DNA of 64,000 bases from NCBI RefSeq assembly GCF_009914755.1, contig NC_060940.1; one strand, written 5' to 3'. A model generated the notes under the pieces. It saw nothing but the letters and a program-made list of their open reading frames with translations. It had not been told where the DNA came from and did no database searches. The translations under genes and the position numbers were made by a program. Source of the DNA: the human T2T-CHM13v2.0 reference genome, Homo sapiens. This document shows positions 23,641 through 41,237 of this stretch, one piece after another (within the stretch, counting starts at the first letter, position 1; every line of letters starts with the position of its first letter).

Positions 23641-23824
23641 GCCATCTGCAAGCTGAGGAGCAAGGAAGCCAGTCCGAGTCCCAAAACCTCAAAAGAAGGG
23701 AAGCCAACAGTGCAGCCTTCAGTCTGTGGCCGAAGGCCTGAGAACCCCTGGCAAACCGCTGGTGTAGATACAAGAGTCCAAAAGCTGAAGAACTTGGAGT
23801 CCGATGCTTGAGGACAGGAAGCAT
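23641..23824 (-). mobile_element. Internal MLT2A2 fragment lacking LTR termini
   Basis: ~91% identical (about 17 differences in 183 bp by eye) to 22535-22717. Confidence 0.92.
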
Positions 23825-23889
23825 TATTTTTTAGTGATTTATTCTGATTCCTCAAGGCACAAAGGCAGTGGAGAAACATGGAGGTGGGT

Positions 23890-24580
23890 GTATTCATCTG
23901 TCTTTATTCAGTTGCACATAAAGGAAACCCAAATAAAACTGGCTTTAGAAGAAACAAAAGGAAGTGGTTGACTCACGTAAGAGTCAAGTACAGAGGTATT
24001 AATGGATTTCAGGCATGGCTAGATCTAGGGGCTCAAATAATATCACCAGGATACTGCCTATCTCTCCATCATTTGGCTCTGTTTTCTGTGGCATAGGCTC
24101 CTCTCAATGGTGTGCTAGAGCAAATTGTAAAACATTCAGGAATTTTGGGCACCAGTTGGTCATCGTTGGTAGCATGAAACTGGCCATGGTCGGAGTATTT
24201 GTATCATGGAAATTGGCAAATGCTATAAATAAGCGCTTTTTTTCTTTTTTTTTTTTGGTGGGAGGAGAGCTTGTTTACCAACACATGACTGCTCCATTCT
24301 CAAAAGTCTCTTCCCCTGCCATGGGAAGAAGGCAGCCCGCAGCTACTGGTTGACATCCCACCACCTAGGCTACCACAGTGGAAAGTGAGTATCTCTTTCC
24401 CAGAAGTTCCAGGAAATGTCCCAGAGTTGGGTCTCATTGGCCTGGCTTGGATCTCATGCCCATTCGTGACATAGCAACTGAGGCCAGGGTGTGGAGTGTA
24501 CTGACTGTCTTGTGTCCCTTCTGGAACTGTGAGATGGGGTCAGCTCCACCTGAACCGTGTGGAGTGAGAGTGGGTATAGA
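23890..24580 (-). mobile_element. Old MaLR LTR (MLT1J/K-like), interrupted by hAT element at 24105-24291
   Basis: ttcagttgca...aaacccaaataaaactggcttta...ttcaggcatggctagatctaggggctcaaa...tctcattggcctggcttgg. Confidence 0.65.
24105..24291. mobile_element. MER63-like hAT-Blackjack MITE
   Basis: Degenerate TIRs caatggtgtgct / aacacatgactg; internal ggccatggt.ggagtattt...catggaaattggcaaatgcta. Confidence 0.7.
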
Positions 24581-24936
24581 TGGTTCCCTTTACTGTCACG
24601 AGCAACCACAGACCCTGGTGGCACACAAAACAGGAAATGTTTATTGTTCACACATCTGCAGGTTGGCTGGAGGGTCTGCTCCAGGCTGGGCTTGTCTGGG
24701 GTAGTTAGTGGGGACAGCTCTGCTCTTCTCTCTCCTTCTCCTTCGGGGACCAACTGACCAACCCAGATTGTTCACCTTCTGGTGACAGCAGAGTCACAAC
24801 ACAGCAAGAAGGAACAGCGATGTACTTGCAAGGCCTAGGGATAGACTAGCACACCGTTACTTCCGCCTCATTCCGTTGACCAAAGCACGTTACAAGACTG
24901 AGGCTGGGATATAAACTTTGCTTCTTCTTCTCCTTG

Positions 24937-25245
<309 letters not shown>

Positions 25246-25599
25246 AAATTTTGCTTCTTTAGTGAGATAGACTGTAATGACAGATGGTGGAGGGAATAGA
25301 TGTGGAGACGGGAGAAAAATTGCAAATATTGCAACTTACCACCTTCCTTAAGGAAGATCAGGGCACTGCCAAAAGTAGAGAGGGCTGGAGGATAGGGGGA
25401 TATAAGCCATAGATGTTCCCTGAGGGTATTAGGAAGGGTGGGGGGACTCTGATGTGGCTGTGGCCTGGGTGTGGGAGGGATAAGGGTAAGAGGGGAGGCC
25501 AAAAGGAGTATAAGGTAAGGATGAGCCTGGGCCCCGGCACACCACCCTCGTGGGCTGGGTGACTGCACCTCATCTCCAGGCTCAGGGGAGCTGTCTTAA

Positions 25600-26005
25600 C
25601 TTTTTCTTTTTCTTTTGTTTTCTTTTTTCTTTTCTTTTCTTCTCTTTTTTTCTTTTGTTTCTTTTCTTTTCTCCTTCCTTCCTTCCCTTTCTTTCTTTCT
25701 TTCTTTTTTTTTTTTGTGTGTGTGTGTGACAGGGTTTCACTCTATGTCCAGGCTGGAGTGCAGTGCAGTGGCATGATCATGGCTCACTGCAGCCTTGAAC
25801 TACTTGGGCTCAAGGGGTTCTCCTGCTTCAGCCTCTCAAGTAGCTAGGACTACAGGCACATGCCAGCACACCCAGCTAATTTTTTAAAACAATTTTTTTT
25901 GTAGAGATGGAATATTGCTATATTGCACAGGCTGGTCTGGAACTCCTGGGCTCAAGTGATCCACCCACCTTGGCCTCTCAAAGTTCAAGAGCCAGCATGC
26001 CCAGC
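25600..26005 (-). mobile_element. AluJ with expanded pyrimidine/TG tail
   Basis: Dimer; TSD tcttaactttt. Confidence 0.9.
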
Positions 26006-26118
26006 CTCTCTTAACTTTTGTTTCCCCAGATCCAGACCTTGAAGCAAGGATTTGCGTGTAAGTTAATTGATCTGGAAGGTGATGCCAGGAGACCCTGATA
26101 CAGAAGTAGGAAAATAAG

Positions 26119-26318
26119 CAGTGTTGTGCTGGCAGACTGGCTCTCTGAAAAAAAAAAAAATCCATTGTTTGTAGTGTGTGCCCATTTTCATGGTGAGAAT
26201 GTTCCCACTATGGTTGATTTCAAGCTACTAGTGTGATGTAACTGAAAGAGGCCTTGGGGAGAAATGGGTGGAATCGGCTCTTGTGAGCTGGTCTGAGCCA
26301 TTTTTCAGCACAACACTG
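26119..26318. mobile_element. MER63-like hAT MITE inside an old ERVL-type LTR (~26015-26600)
   Basis: Perfect 13-bp TIRs cagtgttgtgctg / cagcacaacactg. Confidence 0.8.
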
Positions 26319-26864
26319 CAGGTGACGGGGATGGCAGGGAAGGCAGCCAGTAAAAGGTGCATATCAAGCCAGCCACCACATGAGCAGCTGTGGAGCTTCC
26401 CACCACTGGGGAGTGGCGGGAGGTGGTATAGAACTTATGCCCTGTGTTAGCCCATTTGGCGGTGAGGGGCCTGGGGAATGTATGCACTGCCTCTCCATCC
26501 ATCACTGGTTGAAGCTGTTTCCCCAGGGTTGGCAATTCAATGCACTTCTGGCCAGGGATCTGGTGGACAGAGAAAGAGACACAGGGGCTGGAAGTTGCAA
26601 GTTGGGCCAGCATGTGTGGAAATGGTAAGGTCTGTGACAGGAGCCATTCGAGTGTCGCCAGCAGAGTGAGGCCTTCCTGCTGAATCCCTTAGAGCTGCCT
26701 GCAACAGGCCAGCCTTCCTGGTCCCCTCACCAGCTCCCAGGTGCCATTCTCCCATAGTGTACTATGCCGCCATTGAGAAAAACATTACCTGCCTCCCTCA
26801 AAGAAGAAACGAAATGAGGCAAACATCTTTGACATTTTTGGTGGTATCATTTTGTTTTGTTTTA

Positions 26865-27005
26865 CGGTTTTTTTTTTTTTTTTTTTTGTAGAGACAGAGG
26901 TCTTGCTGTGTTGCTCAGGCTGGTCTTGAACTTCCGGCCTTGAGCAATCCTCCTGCCTTGGCCTCCCAAAGCACTGGGATTACAGGCGTGAGTCACCATG
27001 GTCGG
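26865..27005 (-). mobile_element. FLAM_C-like monomer
   Basis: Single left arm plus poly(T). Confidence 0.9.
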
Positions 27006-27299
27006 CGATGACACCATTTGATTGATGTTTTCTGAACGTAGAAGTGTTTCTCTGGAATATTTTCAGATTTGTCAATTCCCTGGTCTTCTGTCTAGCCTTT
27101 GTAGGGTGGGAATGAGAGTCATATTATGTTTATTTTATTTCTTGCTTTTTCTCAGGCCCTCTGATGTTTTCTTCTTGGAGCTGGGCTTTACAGAAATAAA
27201 TTTCTACAGAGTCTGGAGAAAATGCTCTTAAAAAAAAATAGCTGAAATCTCCATTCCTCCATTGAAAACCCACTCATTTTGGTGGTGTACTGCACAGAG

Positions 27300-27735
27300 C
27301 AAACTCTGGGGGTGTCCTGCCCAGGTGACTTTGCTACTCACAGGTCCCACCTCTGGCTTCTTACTGCAAAGAACTGCAGCTACCTGAGGTCATTCTCAAG
27401 GATCAGGAGGGTGACCAGCCTCACACAGGCAGGCCCATAGCACCGGGGAGCAGGGCGCCCTTTTGGATGGCCATCATGGGAGGGTGAGCCCATGCCTCAT
27501 CTTTATCACCCGTCAGGTGGGTTACCTCTTAGGGGTGGCCCAGAGACTGGTTGGGATTGAACCATTTTGCGAACAGCTGTAAACTGCCCCTTCCTCTAGC
27601 CTGTGTTAGCTTCCTTCCCCTCCCATGTCCTTCCCCACTCTCCTGCTGGTACCTCCTAGGACCACTTCCCTAATCTGCTGCTTGCCCTCACATCCTTGTG
27701 TGAGGGCCTGCTTCTGGGGAACCCAACCTGGGACA
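27300..27735 (+). mobile_element. LTR16-family ERVL LTR, degenerate
   Basis: 3' end gggcctgcttctggggaacccaacctgggaca. Confidence 0.6.
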
Positions 27736-27829
27736 TGGGGTGTCAGGCCTCCTTGGCTTCTGAGTGAGATTAATCTGACCGGGTTGAAGCCACATCTGGT
27801 GGTGCTTGTTGTTTTCCCTCAGGGCTTGG

Positions 27830-28850
27830 CACAGCATGAGGGACACATCAGGGTTCCAACATCTGGTTGATGAATCAAAGAACGTGAACATTTAAATATA
27901 AGGAAGCAGGGCTGAAAGCTGACGGGGAGACAGGGATGGACCTGGGTCTACAGGTGCCATGTCCTCCCAGGTCTGCACATCCAGCCTCCTCTCTCCTGAG
28001 CCCCAGACCTGTGCATTCAACCAGATGTCTTCACCTGGGTCCTCAAGCTCAATGCAACTCATCATCCCTCCCCACCCCCTCCATAGGTAACCTGCCTCCT
28101 CTCCTGCGTGGCTGGTGTCAGGCAATGAAGGTAGGCACAGGCTTCAACTCCGCTTGCCCTCAGCCACACAGTTCTTGTTTCATCACTGTGTGCATCTTTC
28201 TCGACGCTCTCCACTGTGTCCAGCTCCCCTGGCACCTCTCTGGCCCCTGCCAGCCTCATCTCTCACCTCCAGTCTTGCCTCCCTGCAATCCCTCCTGTGG
28301 CCCTGAGTGAACTTTCTGAAGCGGCCTTGACCGCGTGGCTTGCTGCTGAAAATCCTTGGCTGTGGCTCCCCACTGCGGTAAAGAGGAAATCCAAACTCCT
28401 TGTGATGGCCTAGCAAGGCCCTGCAGGAATTGCTTCCTGCCAGACCTCCAGCCCCTACGAGTTCTGTTCTCCTTAACACCCTCCCCACACCTGCAGAGCC
28501 AAGCTGCTTTCAGTCCCTTGAACCTATGATCTCTCACCTTCAGGCCTCCGTGCATGCTGTTCTCTCTGCCCCAACACTCTTCCCTCCCCTCCTTCCTGGG
28601 CCAACAACCCCATGGAGCAGATGCTTCTGAATCCCCTGTCTGGGTTACAAAAGCCTGCTTGTAACCTTGTGCTTTCCCTGTGGCTATTTGGATGCTCCTG
28701 AATTATGACCTGTTATTTAAACCCATGTCTCTCCTGTGAAAAATAAACTCTCCTAGAGCAGGGCTGATTTGTTCGCAGTTGTACCCCTGGCATTCAGCAC
28801 CATGCCCGCATTGCAGTTGCATAGTAAATGTCAGGTGGGTGAATTAGGGA
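27830..28850 (+). mobile_element. L2 3' region
   Basis: tggctccccactgc...aaatccaaactcctt...tggcctagcaaggccctgc; 3' end cagcaccatgcc...agtaaatg...gtgaat. Confidence 0.75.
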
Positions 28851-29129
28851 GTGAAAGGAAGGCTGTTCCCCAGCCCACCTGGGAGGAGTGGATCTGGAGA
28901 CCTGGGCTTCTATCTAGCTCTCCCAGACGAGATGAGATGGAGCTGTGGCTTGGATGCCTTTGTGGCCCCACGACATCATATTCAGGTCCTTAACAGTAAG
29001 AGAGGGGAGGGAGACATGGTGAGAAGGAGGGAGGAAGGAGAAGAAAGGAAGCCCTAATCCATGGCCCAGAAGAAATGAACATCTCCACGTTTCCCACATC
29101 TCATCTAAGTAGGTCACACGGAAGAACTT

Positions 29130-29430
29130 GGAGTCCCTGTCAAAGTTTCAGGCAAAAACAATAACTTGGTTTTGACCTTGCTCTCTTCAAAAAGCAAGTT
29201 GCTGCTGAGCTGTAACATCAAAAAGAATAAATAATTGTTTTTCTTTTTTGTTGTTATGATATGGATCATCTGAGCGGTTAGTGGTAAGCAAGCCACTTTG
29301 ATTCCACTCTGGCTCCCCAGCGCTCCAGCCTCTCTTTATGTCAGCAGGCTCCTGTTTCCACCCCAGGATAGCAGAATCCCTTGATTAAATTCATATTTGT
29401 TTTAATCTTTCCCTGTGTCTGATCTTGAGC
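29130..29430. promoter_or_regulatory. Putative enhancer (SOX/TCF/TALE-HOX motif cluster)
   Basis: Repeat-free AT-rich island within GC-rich context, with motif cluster; inferred. Confidence 0.4.
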
Positions 29431-29881
29431 TCAAAGATGGTCAGGAAAAAAAGCCGGCTGCCCTGCTGCGGCCACGGGGAGGGCCTGTGTCAGGCCCCAC
29501 GCTGGTTGTTCTGTCTGGTGTGATAAGGCAGCCAGCCCATGGTGCCCTGGCATGCCTGCTGCCGTGCCAGCCCCAGTCCTCACACCACCAGCGGCTGCCA
29601 GACAGCTCACAGAGCTGCTGGGCTGCAGGAGAACACGAGGAGGCCCAGCGATGTGGCAGCCGTCTGCGCTGGCCATAGCCTCCTGTGTTGACCTGGGAGT
29701 GCTGGAATTCTCGAACATTTTTAAAGTGGAGAAAATTATGACTCTTAGGTGGAATGAAGTTTGTCACTCTGCTTAGTTCAGAGTGGGTCCCTATCATTTG
29801 CCTGTGATTTACACGCCCCCCCACTCTTTCATTCTCCCAGCACGGAGGCAACTGTCCAGTGTGTTTGGTGAATGTTCCTAA

Positions 29882-30300
<419 letters not shown>

Positions 30301-30407
30301 ACATTATCTTTTCAATGAGTGGTTTTTTTGTTTTGTTTTGTTTTGTTTTTACCATACAGAAAGGTATTGTGTTGTGTACACCATAGGAGTCAAGAGCACA
30401 AGTTCTA

Positions 30408-30775
<368 letters not shown>

Positions 30776-30904
30776 TTACTTAGCCTTGATGCCTCAGTTT
30801 CTCCAACTGTCGTGTGGGATGGTAATTGTTCCCACTTCAAAGAGATGGCCAGAGGATTAAGAGAGTTAATACTTTAAAAGCACCCAGAACACTACTTGGC
30901 ATAA

Positions 30905-31318
<414 letters not shown>

Positions 31319-31502
31319 TGAGAACCACCCACGTTGTTGTATATGCATCTGATTCCTTACTTTTAACTGCATTCCATAGGGTGCATTGCCTACATTTTAC
31401 TTATTGATTCCCCAGAGATGACACCTAATTGGCAGTACATCAATGGGCATCCCTTGCAGACCAGTGGGAGGATTTCTGCTCCCAGGAATGGCATCACTGG
31501 CT

Positions 31503-32780
<1,278 letters not shown>

Positions 32781-32989
32781 CTCTGGATCCAATATTGCAT
32801 TAGGGCTTACAACCAGCCATTGGGTTTTTAGGGATTCTGAATGTCCTTAAACTTCACCAGCCTGTGGGCTCAAATGAGGTCACTCTGACATGTCTAGTGG
32901 GCTTTCCCTGATTGGACAGCTCTACCCCCTCCTGTTTTCCTCCATGGAGCAATAGACACTAAAACAGTGCATTAGTCAATCACTATGAC

Positions 32990-33210
32990 AACATTTATTG
33001 AGTACTTGCTATATGCACGGTGCAAGTCTAAGAATTAACTGATTTAATCCTTACAACAACACTTTGTGGTAGGTGCACTTATTCTTATGCCATTTTACAG
33101 ATGAGGAAACCAAGACACAGAGGATAGAAGTAACTTGTTCAAGGGGACATAACCGTAGGTGGCCGTGCCAACAGGAAACCCCAGGAAGTCTGGCTTCAGA
33201 GCCATTCCCT
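32990..33210 (-). mobile_element. MIR
   Basis: ccattttacagatgaggaaac core. Confidence 0.85.
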
Positions 33211-34749
33211 TTAGCTCTGATGGCACACTGTCTTGTAGTTCAGTCTTCAAATGCCACAGCCTCTGGGCCATCATTTCCTCCTCCCGGGGTTCTCCATGAA
33301 AGCCCCACACTCATGGTTCTGTGCAGGCAGCTGCTCTCCATTTGTCATTGGTGCTGCCCTGGGCTACCCTCCACTGGCCTTCCTTGGGCTGCCATCCTGC
33401 GAGCAGCTGCCATTGTTTCATAGGCGATGGGCCCAACTGTGTCAGAGGATCCCACCATGGGCGGAGGGGTGGGGAGGGGTGGCTCTTATCGCCATGGTGA
33501 CTGGCATGGGAGGGGCTTGACTAGGAGAGCCAGCAGGGCAAGAACTATCACTCCTCTCCCACCCTCAGACTCACTTGCCGGTGACCAAGTCTGGCTCACA
33601 ACATCAGACATTTCTTTCCTTTAGGAGGATTTAGATTTTAGAGGTCCTAATTCAGTCTGGACTCTGGTTTCATACAATAGAATCTGGCAGTGGTAAACTT
33701 AACCATATGGGGAATGGATCAGAAGAGTATGAAGTAACCCAGCAAAAGGCTGGCATCTTGCAAAGGTGGATGGAGCCAAGACTCTTCTGAGATTTCATAA
33801 GGTATGTTCCTTTAAAATAGGAAGGGCATTTGGATTCTGGAAAGAGAGGAGGGAGAAACAGAAAGATCACGCCCCTTTCCCTTAGGATTTGGTATCTGCC
33901 TCAACTCCCTCAGTCTGTTAAATAGGTGGAATATGCCTGAACTCAGATTCTGGCCTTCTTCTTGTAAAAAGGCCCCTCCCTAACCTTGCGTCAATTAGCT
34001 GGTACTGACAGGACTGGGAAGGTCGTTGCAGGCCCCATCTGGGCATAGCAAGGTATCCTTAGTATGTTGGAATATTGAGTCATTTTTTTCATAATAGTGG
34101 CTTTGCTGCCTGAAACAAAGAATAGCCAAATGAAGGGATGAGCAGTTTTCCAGCAATGATTTGTCCAAGTAAAATCATGGTACCATCCAACATTGCGAGA
34201 CATCTGCAGGGTGAGAGCTACAGCAACGCCTCTGACAAATGGAATGCTGAACTTGAGACATGATTTATGCAACTATTTCTCACCTCTTTATTCCACATTC
34301 CAATCTTAGGATAACATTTAAAATCTTAATGTTGTTTTCAGGAATAGCCAATAAAATAAATTGGCTCTGCTTTTGTCACTGCTGGAAGTTTTGTTTTTCT
34401 TTATGAAAACTCCTTAAATACAAAACAAATACGTAATGAAAATGTGAGAAACATAGCTAAATATGAAGTACCGGGTTTTAATGAATTTATAATTTAGAAA
34501 TGCAAAAACAACTTAGATTGCAGGTAGTAGACTTGGCAGATGCAAATTTGTTTTATCCTTGCAATAAGTTTCAGAAATTAAAAAAAAAATCATTGGGTGC
34601 AAACAAAGTTATCAATGAACATGTTCATTTTGACCATATTCACTTTGGGTGGGGCATTTCACATAGCACCAGAGACATGTGAAGCCTTTGGGGCAGCCAA
34701 GATTGCCTGAAAATTATTTTGAAATTAAAAATTTTACTAACAAGTGCAT

Positions 34750-34957
34750 TTCTTTTTTTTGAGACAGTGTCTTGCTCTGTCACACATGCTGTGCAATGAT
34801 GTGAACATGGCCCACTGCAGCCTTGACCTCTTGGGCTCAAGTGATCTTTTTGCCTCAACTTCCCTTGTAGCTGGAACCACAGGCATGCATTACCATGCCT
34901 GGCTAATTAAAAAAAATTTTTTTTTGTAGAGATGGGCTCTTCCCATCTTGCCCAGGT
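34750..34957 (-). mobile_element. AluJ, 5'-truncated
   Basis: Right arm plus part of left arm; TSD aa(g/a)tgcattt. Confidence 0.9.
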
Positions 34958-35379
34958 TAAATGCATTTTTAAAAAGCATGTCGTATAAAAGCAGAGTTCA
35001 CAGAAACCAAAAGCACCCCCAAATCCTGAAAACTGGCTAAAATAAAATAAACTGTCACCAACTATTCAACAGTAAAAAAATTGATTTATGAGATATTAAA
35101 CAAAACGAAAGAAAAACCAGTGACTAATTATGACCTATTTGACATTTTGACCATTACTCCATCTGCCAATTCACCTGAAGCTGTAGATATTTATCAAACA
35201 GATGAAGAATGCTGGCTGGTCTTAGGTGGACTCAATGCCCACACACATCTCCTGTCCCTCAACAATATCAGGTCTGCCCACTCACCCACTTACCCACTGC
35301 TGGTGTTCAACTTCTGGTTCTGGATTTTCTGTGGCGATGAATGTCTTTGAACGTTTATCCTGCTTTTGCTCTAGGAAGA

Positions 35380-36370
35380 GCATTTGAGTGTGGCCAAATA
35401 TCCCCAGTTGAGGAGGGAAAGTTTGTCTTTACAGAGCAATGCCAGCTAATAAATGAAGAAACCAGACAATCAGAAAATGACCAGTTTGCAACTATCAATG
35501 AACTAATTGGCTGGGGTCAGGATCATCAACGGATGTTGAAAGCATTAGGTGAAAAGTTGATAAGGAACTGGATTTTTGTACAATGTCAAGGTACCATCCC
35601 TACAGTCTACTTGCAAAAGGAAATAACGTCATTTATATTGGCAAGATCTAATGGCTGCCATGTTACCCAGAAACCAAATCAAGTTTGGCATCAATTAATA
35701 GTGGAAACTCTATTGTTCCAGGCCTCCTGATGGGATGCCATCATGAAGCACACAGCCTCACCTTTGAAGCTTTCTTACCAACGATGTTGAACATGTTTCT
35801 CACCAACCGTTTAGTCCTAATTCTGGTTTATAAAAAATACAGAAGACAGAGGAACAAATTAAATGATACCACAAGGAAACAATAAGATAGACAAATATAG
35901 AATGTAGCAATGAGATAGACAAATATAGAATGTGGAACAGTCCTTAAGATTAAAAGTCAATGTCATGGAGGAAAAAATAAGACAAGATTAAGAGGATTGT
36001 TCTAGAGTAAAGGAGATCTAAGAGACATAATTAAAAGCAAGGTGTGGTCTTTGGGCCCTAGTTTAAGCAGATATCAATAAAAGACATTTTTGGAGCAAAT
36101 GGGGATATGAATATGGACTTATTATTAGATGATATTTGGGAATTGTGTTGATTCTGTTAGACGTGATAATAACATTGTGGAAAATATCCTTATTTTTTGG
36201 CAATGCATGCTAAGTATTACTGTTATGTTGTCTAAAATTTACTTTCAAACGGTTCAGCAAAAAAATTTGAATTAAGCAAATATGTTAAATCTAGATGAAA
36301 GTTTACTCTTTTCCTATTCTATTCTATTTTTCAGTATATTTCAAGCATGTCTTCAAAACCTTAAAAATAG
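35380..36370 (+). mobile_element. Old L1M (L1MC/ME) 3' region
   Basis: gaggaacaaattaaatgatacc...aaaggagatctaagagacata...gaatatggact..tattagatgatatt; contains 28-bp tandem duplication at 35880-35935. Confidence 0.7.
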
Positions 36371-36753
36371 AAGTATTCCAGTACATACGAAAACCTTTAA
36401 ATTTCTAAATAGTCTGGTCATACATAGCAAATATATGGGGCTGGTGACTGATTTGGGAAAAAACAGGCTATGCTATAAAATGCTGAGTTTATGGCCCCCA
36501 CAGCGACAGTAACCTGAGGGAGGTGTGGGTGGTGGAGTCTGGGTGTGGTGGGCCATGGCTTTGCCACAGCTCATGAGACTCTCCATGCTGGTGGCCGGCA
36601 GCTCCTATGGGAGCCATTGCCGAGGTTTATGGTTGGGTTTACGAAATCCATTCAATACTTTGGCACTTGCACAAAAAATACATGTGTAAAGGTGAGTGTG
36701 CCCTTGGAAAATCTTTTTTTTTTTTTTTTTTTAAACAAACCAACAAACAAGGC

Positions 36754-36843
36754 CACCAGGCCTATAAAATCCAGGTGAAGTCTACACATCGTGTCTCACA
36801 CCAGGCCTATAAAATCCAGGTGAAGTCTACACATCGTGTCTCA
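36754..36843. repeat. Perfect 45-bp tandem duplication
   Basis: caccaggcctataaaatccaggtgaagtctacacatcgtgtctca x2, no mismatches. Confidence 0.98.
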
Positions 36844-37039
36844 CCTCTCCCCTAGCCTCCTGATTTTACTGTCACTTCCCCTGAGGTTGAGGCCAACCAT
36901 GGCTTGCCCTTAGATTCAGAAGCTGTGATCCTTGACCTTGACTGCTAAGAAAGGCATGTGCGACCTGGAACAAATTACTTGCCTCCTGGTACATTGGATT
37001 TCTCATCAGAAAACTGAGATGACAAAATCTCTCTTCAAG

Positions 37040-39135
<2,096 letters not shown>

Positions 39136-39206
39136 AATTGCTTTTGTTTGATTGACTTTGTTTATTTTGATTGTGGTAAAATATAGGTAACAAAATTTAC
39201 TGTTAT

Positions 39207-39597
<391 letters not shown>

Positions 39598-40259
39598 AAT
39601 CTATTTCCAGAACTTTTTTATCTTCCAAACATAAATGCCAAACCCATTAAGCAATAGCTCCCCATTCCTCTCCTCTTCCCTCTTCCTTTGCCCCCAGTTC
39701 CTGATAACCTCTATTCTACCTTTTGTCTCTATAAATTTGATACTCTATGTACCTCATATAAGAGAAATCATACAATATGTCCTTTTTTGTTTTTGTCTGG
39801 CTTATTTCACTTAGCATAATTTTCCAAGCTTCATTCATGTTATAGTATGTGTCAGAATTTCATTCCTTTTTAAGGATAAATAACATTCCATTATATGTCT
39901 ATATTACATTACGTTTATCCATTCATCTGATGATAGGCCTTTGGGTCATTTCCATCTTCTGGGTATTGAGAATAAGGCTGCTATGAACATTGGTGCACAA
40001 GAATCTGTTTAAGTTCCTGATTTCTTATTTATTTAAATGATTAATGTATTTAAAATATTCTTTTCTTCTGAGTCAGCTTGCTAGGGAATGTGTCCCTGAT
40101 TTCAATTCTTTTGGATGTATACCTAGAAGTGAAATTGCTGGATCATACAGTAATTCTATGTTTAATTTTTGAGGAGATGCCAAGCTGTTTCCCACAGCAG
40201 CTGCATCATTTTACATCTCCATCAGCAACACACAAGGTGAATTTCTTCACCTCCTCACC

Positions 40260-40518
40260 AACCCTTTCCCTTTCCTTTCCTTTCCTTTCCTTCCCTTTCC
40301 CCTTCCCCTTCCCCTTCCCCTTTCTCTCCCTTCCCTTCCCCTCTCCTCTCCTCTCCTTTCTTTTTTTTTTTTTTTTTCCAAAGAAATGGTGTCTCCTTCT
40401 GTTGCCCAAGCTGGAGTGCAGTGGTGCAATCATAGCTCACTGTATTCTCGAACTCCTGGGCTCAAATGATTCTCCCACCTCAGCCTCCCTAGTAGCTGGG
40501 ATTACAGGTGAGCACCAC

Positions 40519-40555
<37 letters not shown>

Positions 40556-40600
40556 CTCTCGCTCTCTCTCCTCACCCCCCCTTCCTCTCTCTCTGTCTCT
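40260..40600 (-). mobile_element. Alu right-arm monomer (~40360-40522) flanked by polypyrimidine and (TC)n tracts
   Basis: Direct read. Confidence 0.85.
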
Positions 40601-41104
40601 TTGTAAATAATAGCTTTCATAGTGGGCATAAAGTGGTATCTCATTATGGCTTTGATTTGTATTTCACTAGTGACTAGTGATGTTCAGCCTCTTTTTATGT
40701 GCATATTGGTCATTTGCATATCTTCCTGGGAGAAATGTCAGGTTCTTTGCCTATGTTTCAATAGAGTTATTTGTTTTATTGTTGTTGAGTTGTAGGAGAT
40801 TTAATATATTCTGGACATTAATCCTTTACCAGATATACAATTTGCAAATATTTTCTCTCATTTTGTGAGTTGTCTTTTCACTCTGTTACAGTTTTTAATT
40901 TTTATTTTCTTACCTGGAACATAGATGCAATCACTCTGCTATAGTGTCTTTGATGCACACAAGTTTTAATTTTGATGGAGTCCAGTTTATCTATTTTTTC
41001 TTTTGTTGCCTGTACAATTAGTGCCACATTTAATAAATCATTGCCAAAGTGAAGGTCACAAAGATGTTTCTTCTATATTTTCTATTAACAGTTTCATAGT
41101 TTAA

Positions 41105-41237
41105 GTTTTTATTTATTTATTAGAGACAGGGTCTTGCTATGTTGCCCAGGCTGGCCTTGAACTCTTGGGCTCAAGCAATCTTTCCACTGCAGCCTCTCAA
41201 GTGGCTGGGACTATAGGCAAGTGCCACCACCCCCAGC
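41105..41237 (-). mobile_element. FLAM monomer
   Basis: Single arm inside L1. Confidence 0.85.

Noticed and set aside
40078-40677. 199-aa ORF
   Set aside because: Chimera of antisense L1, pyrimidine tract and Alu
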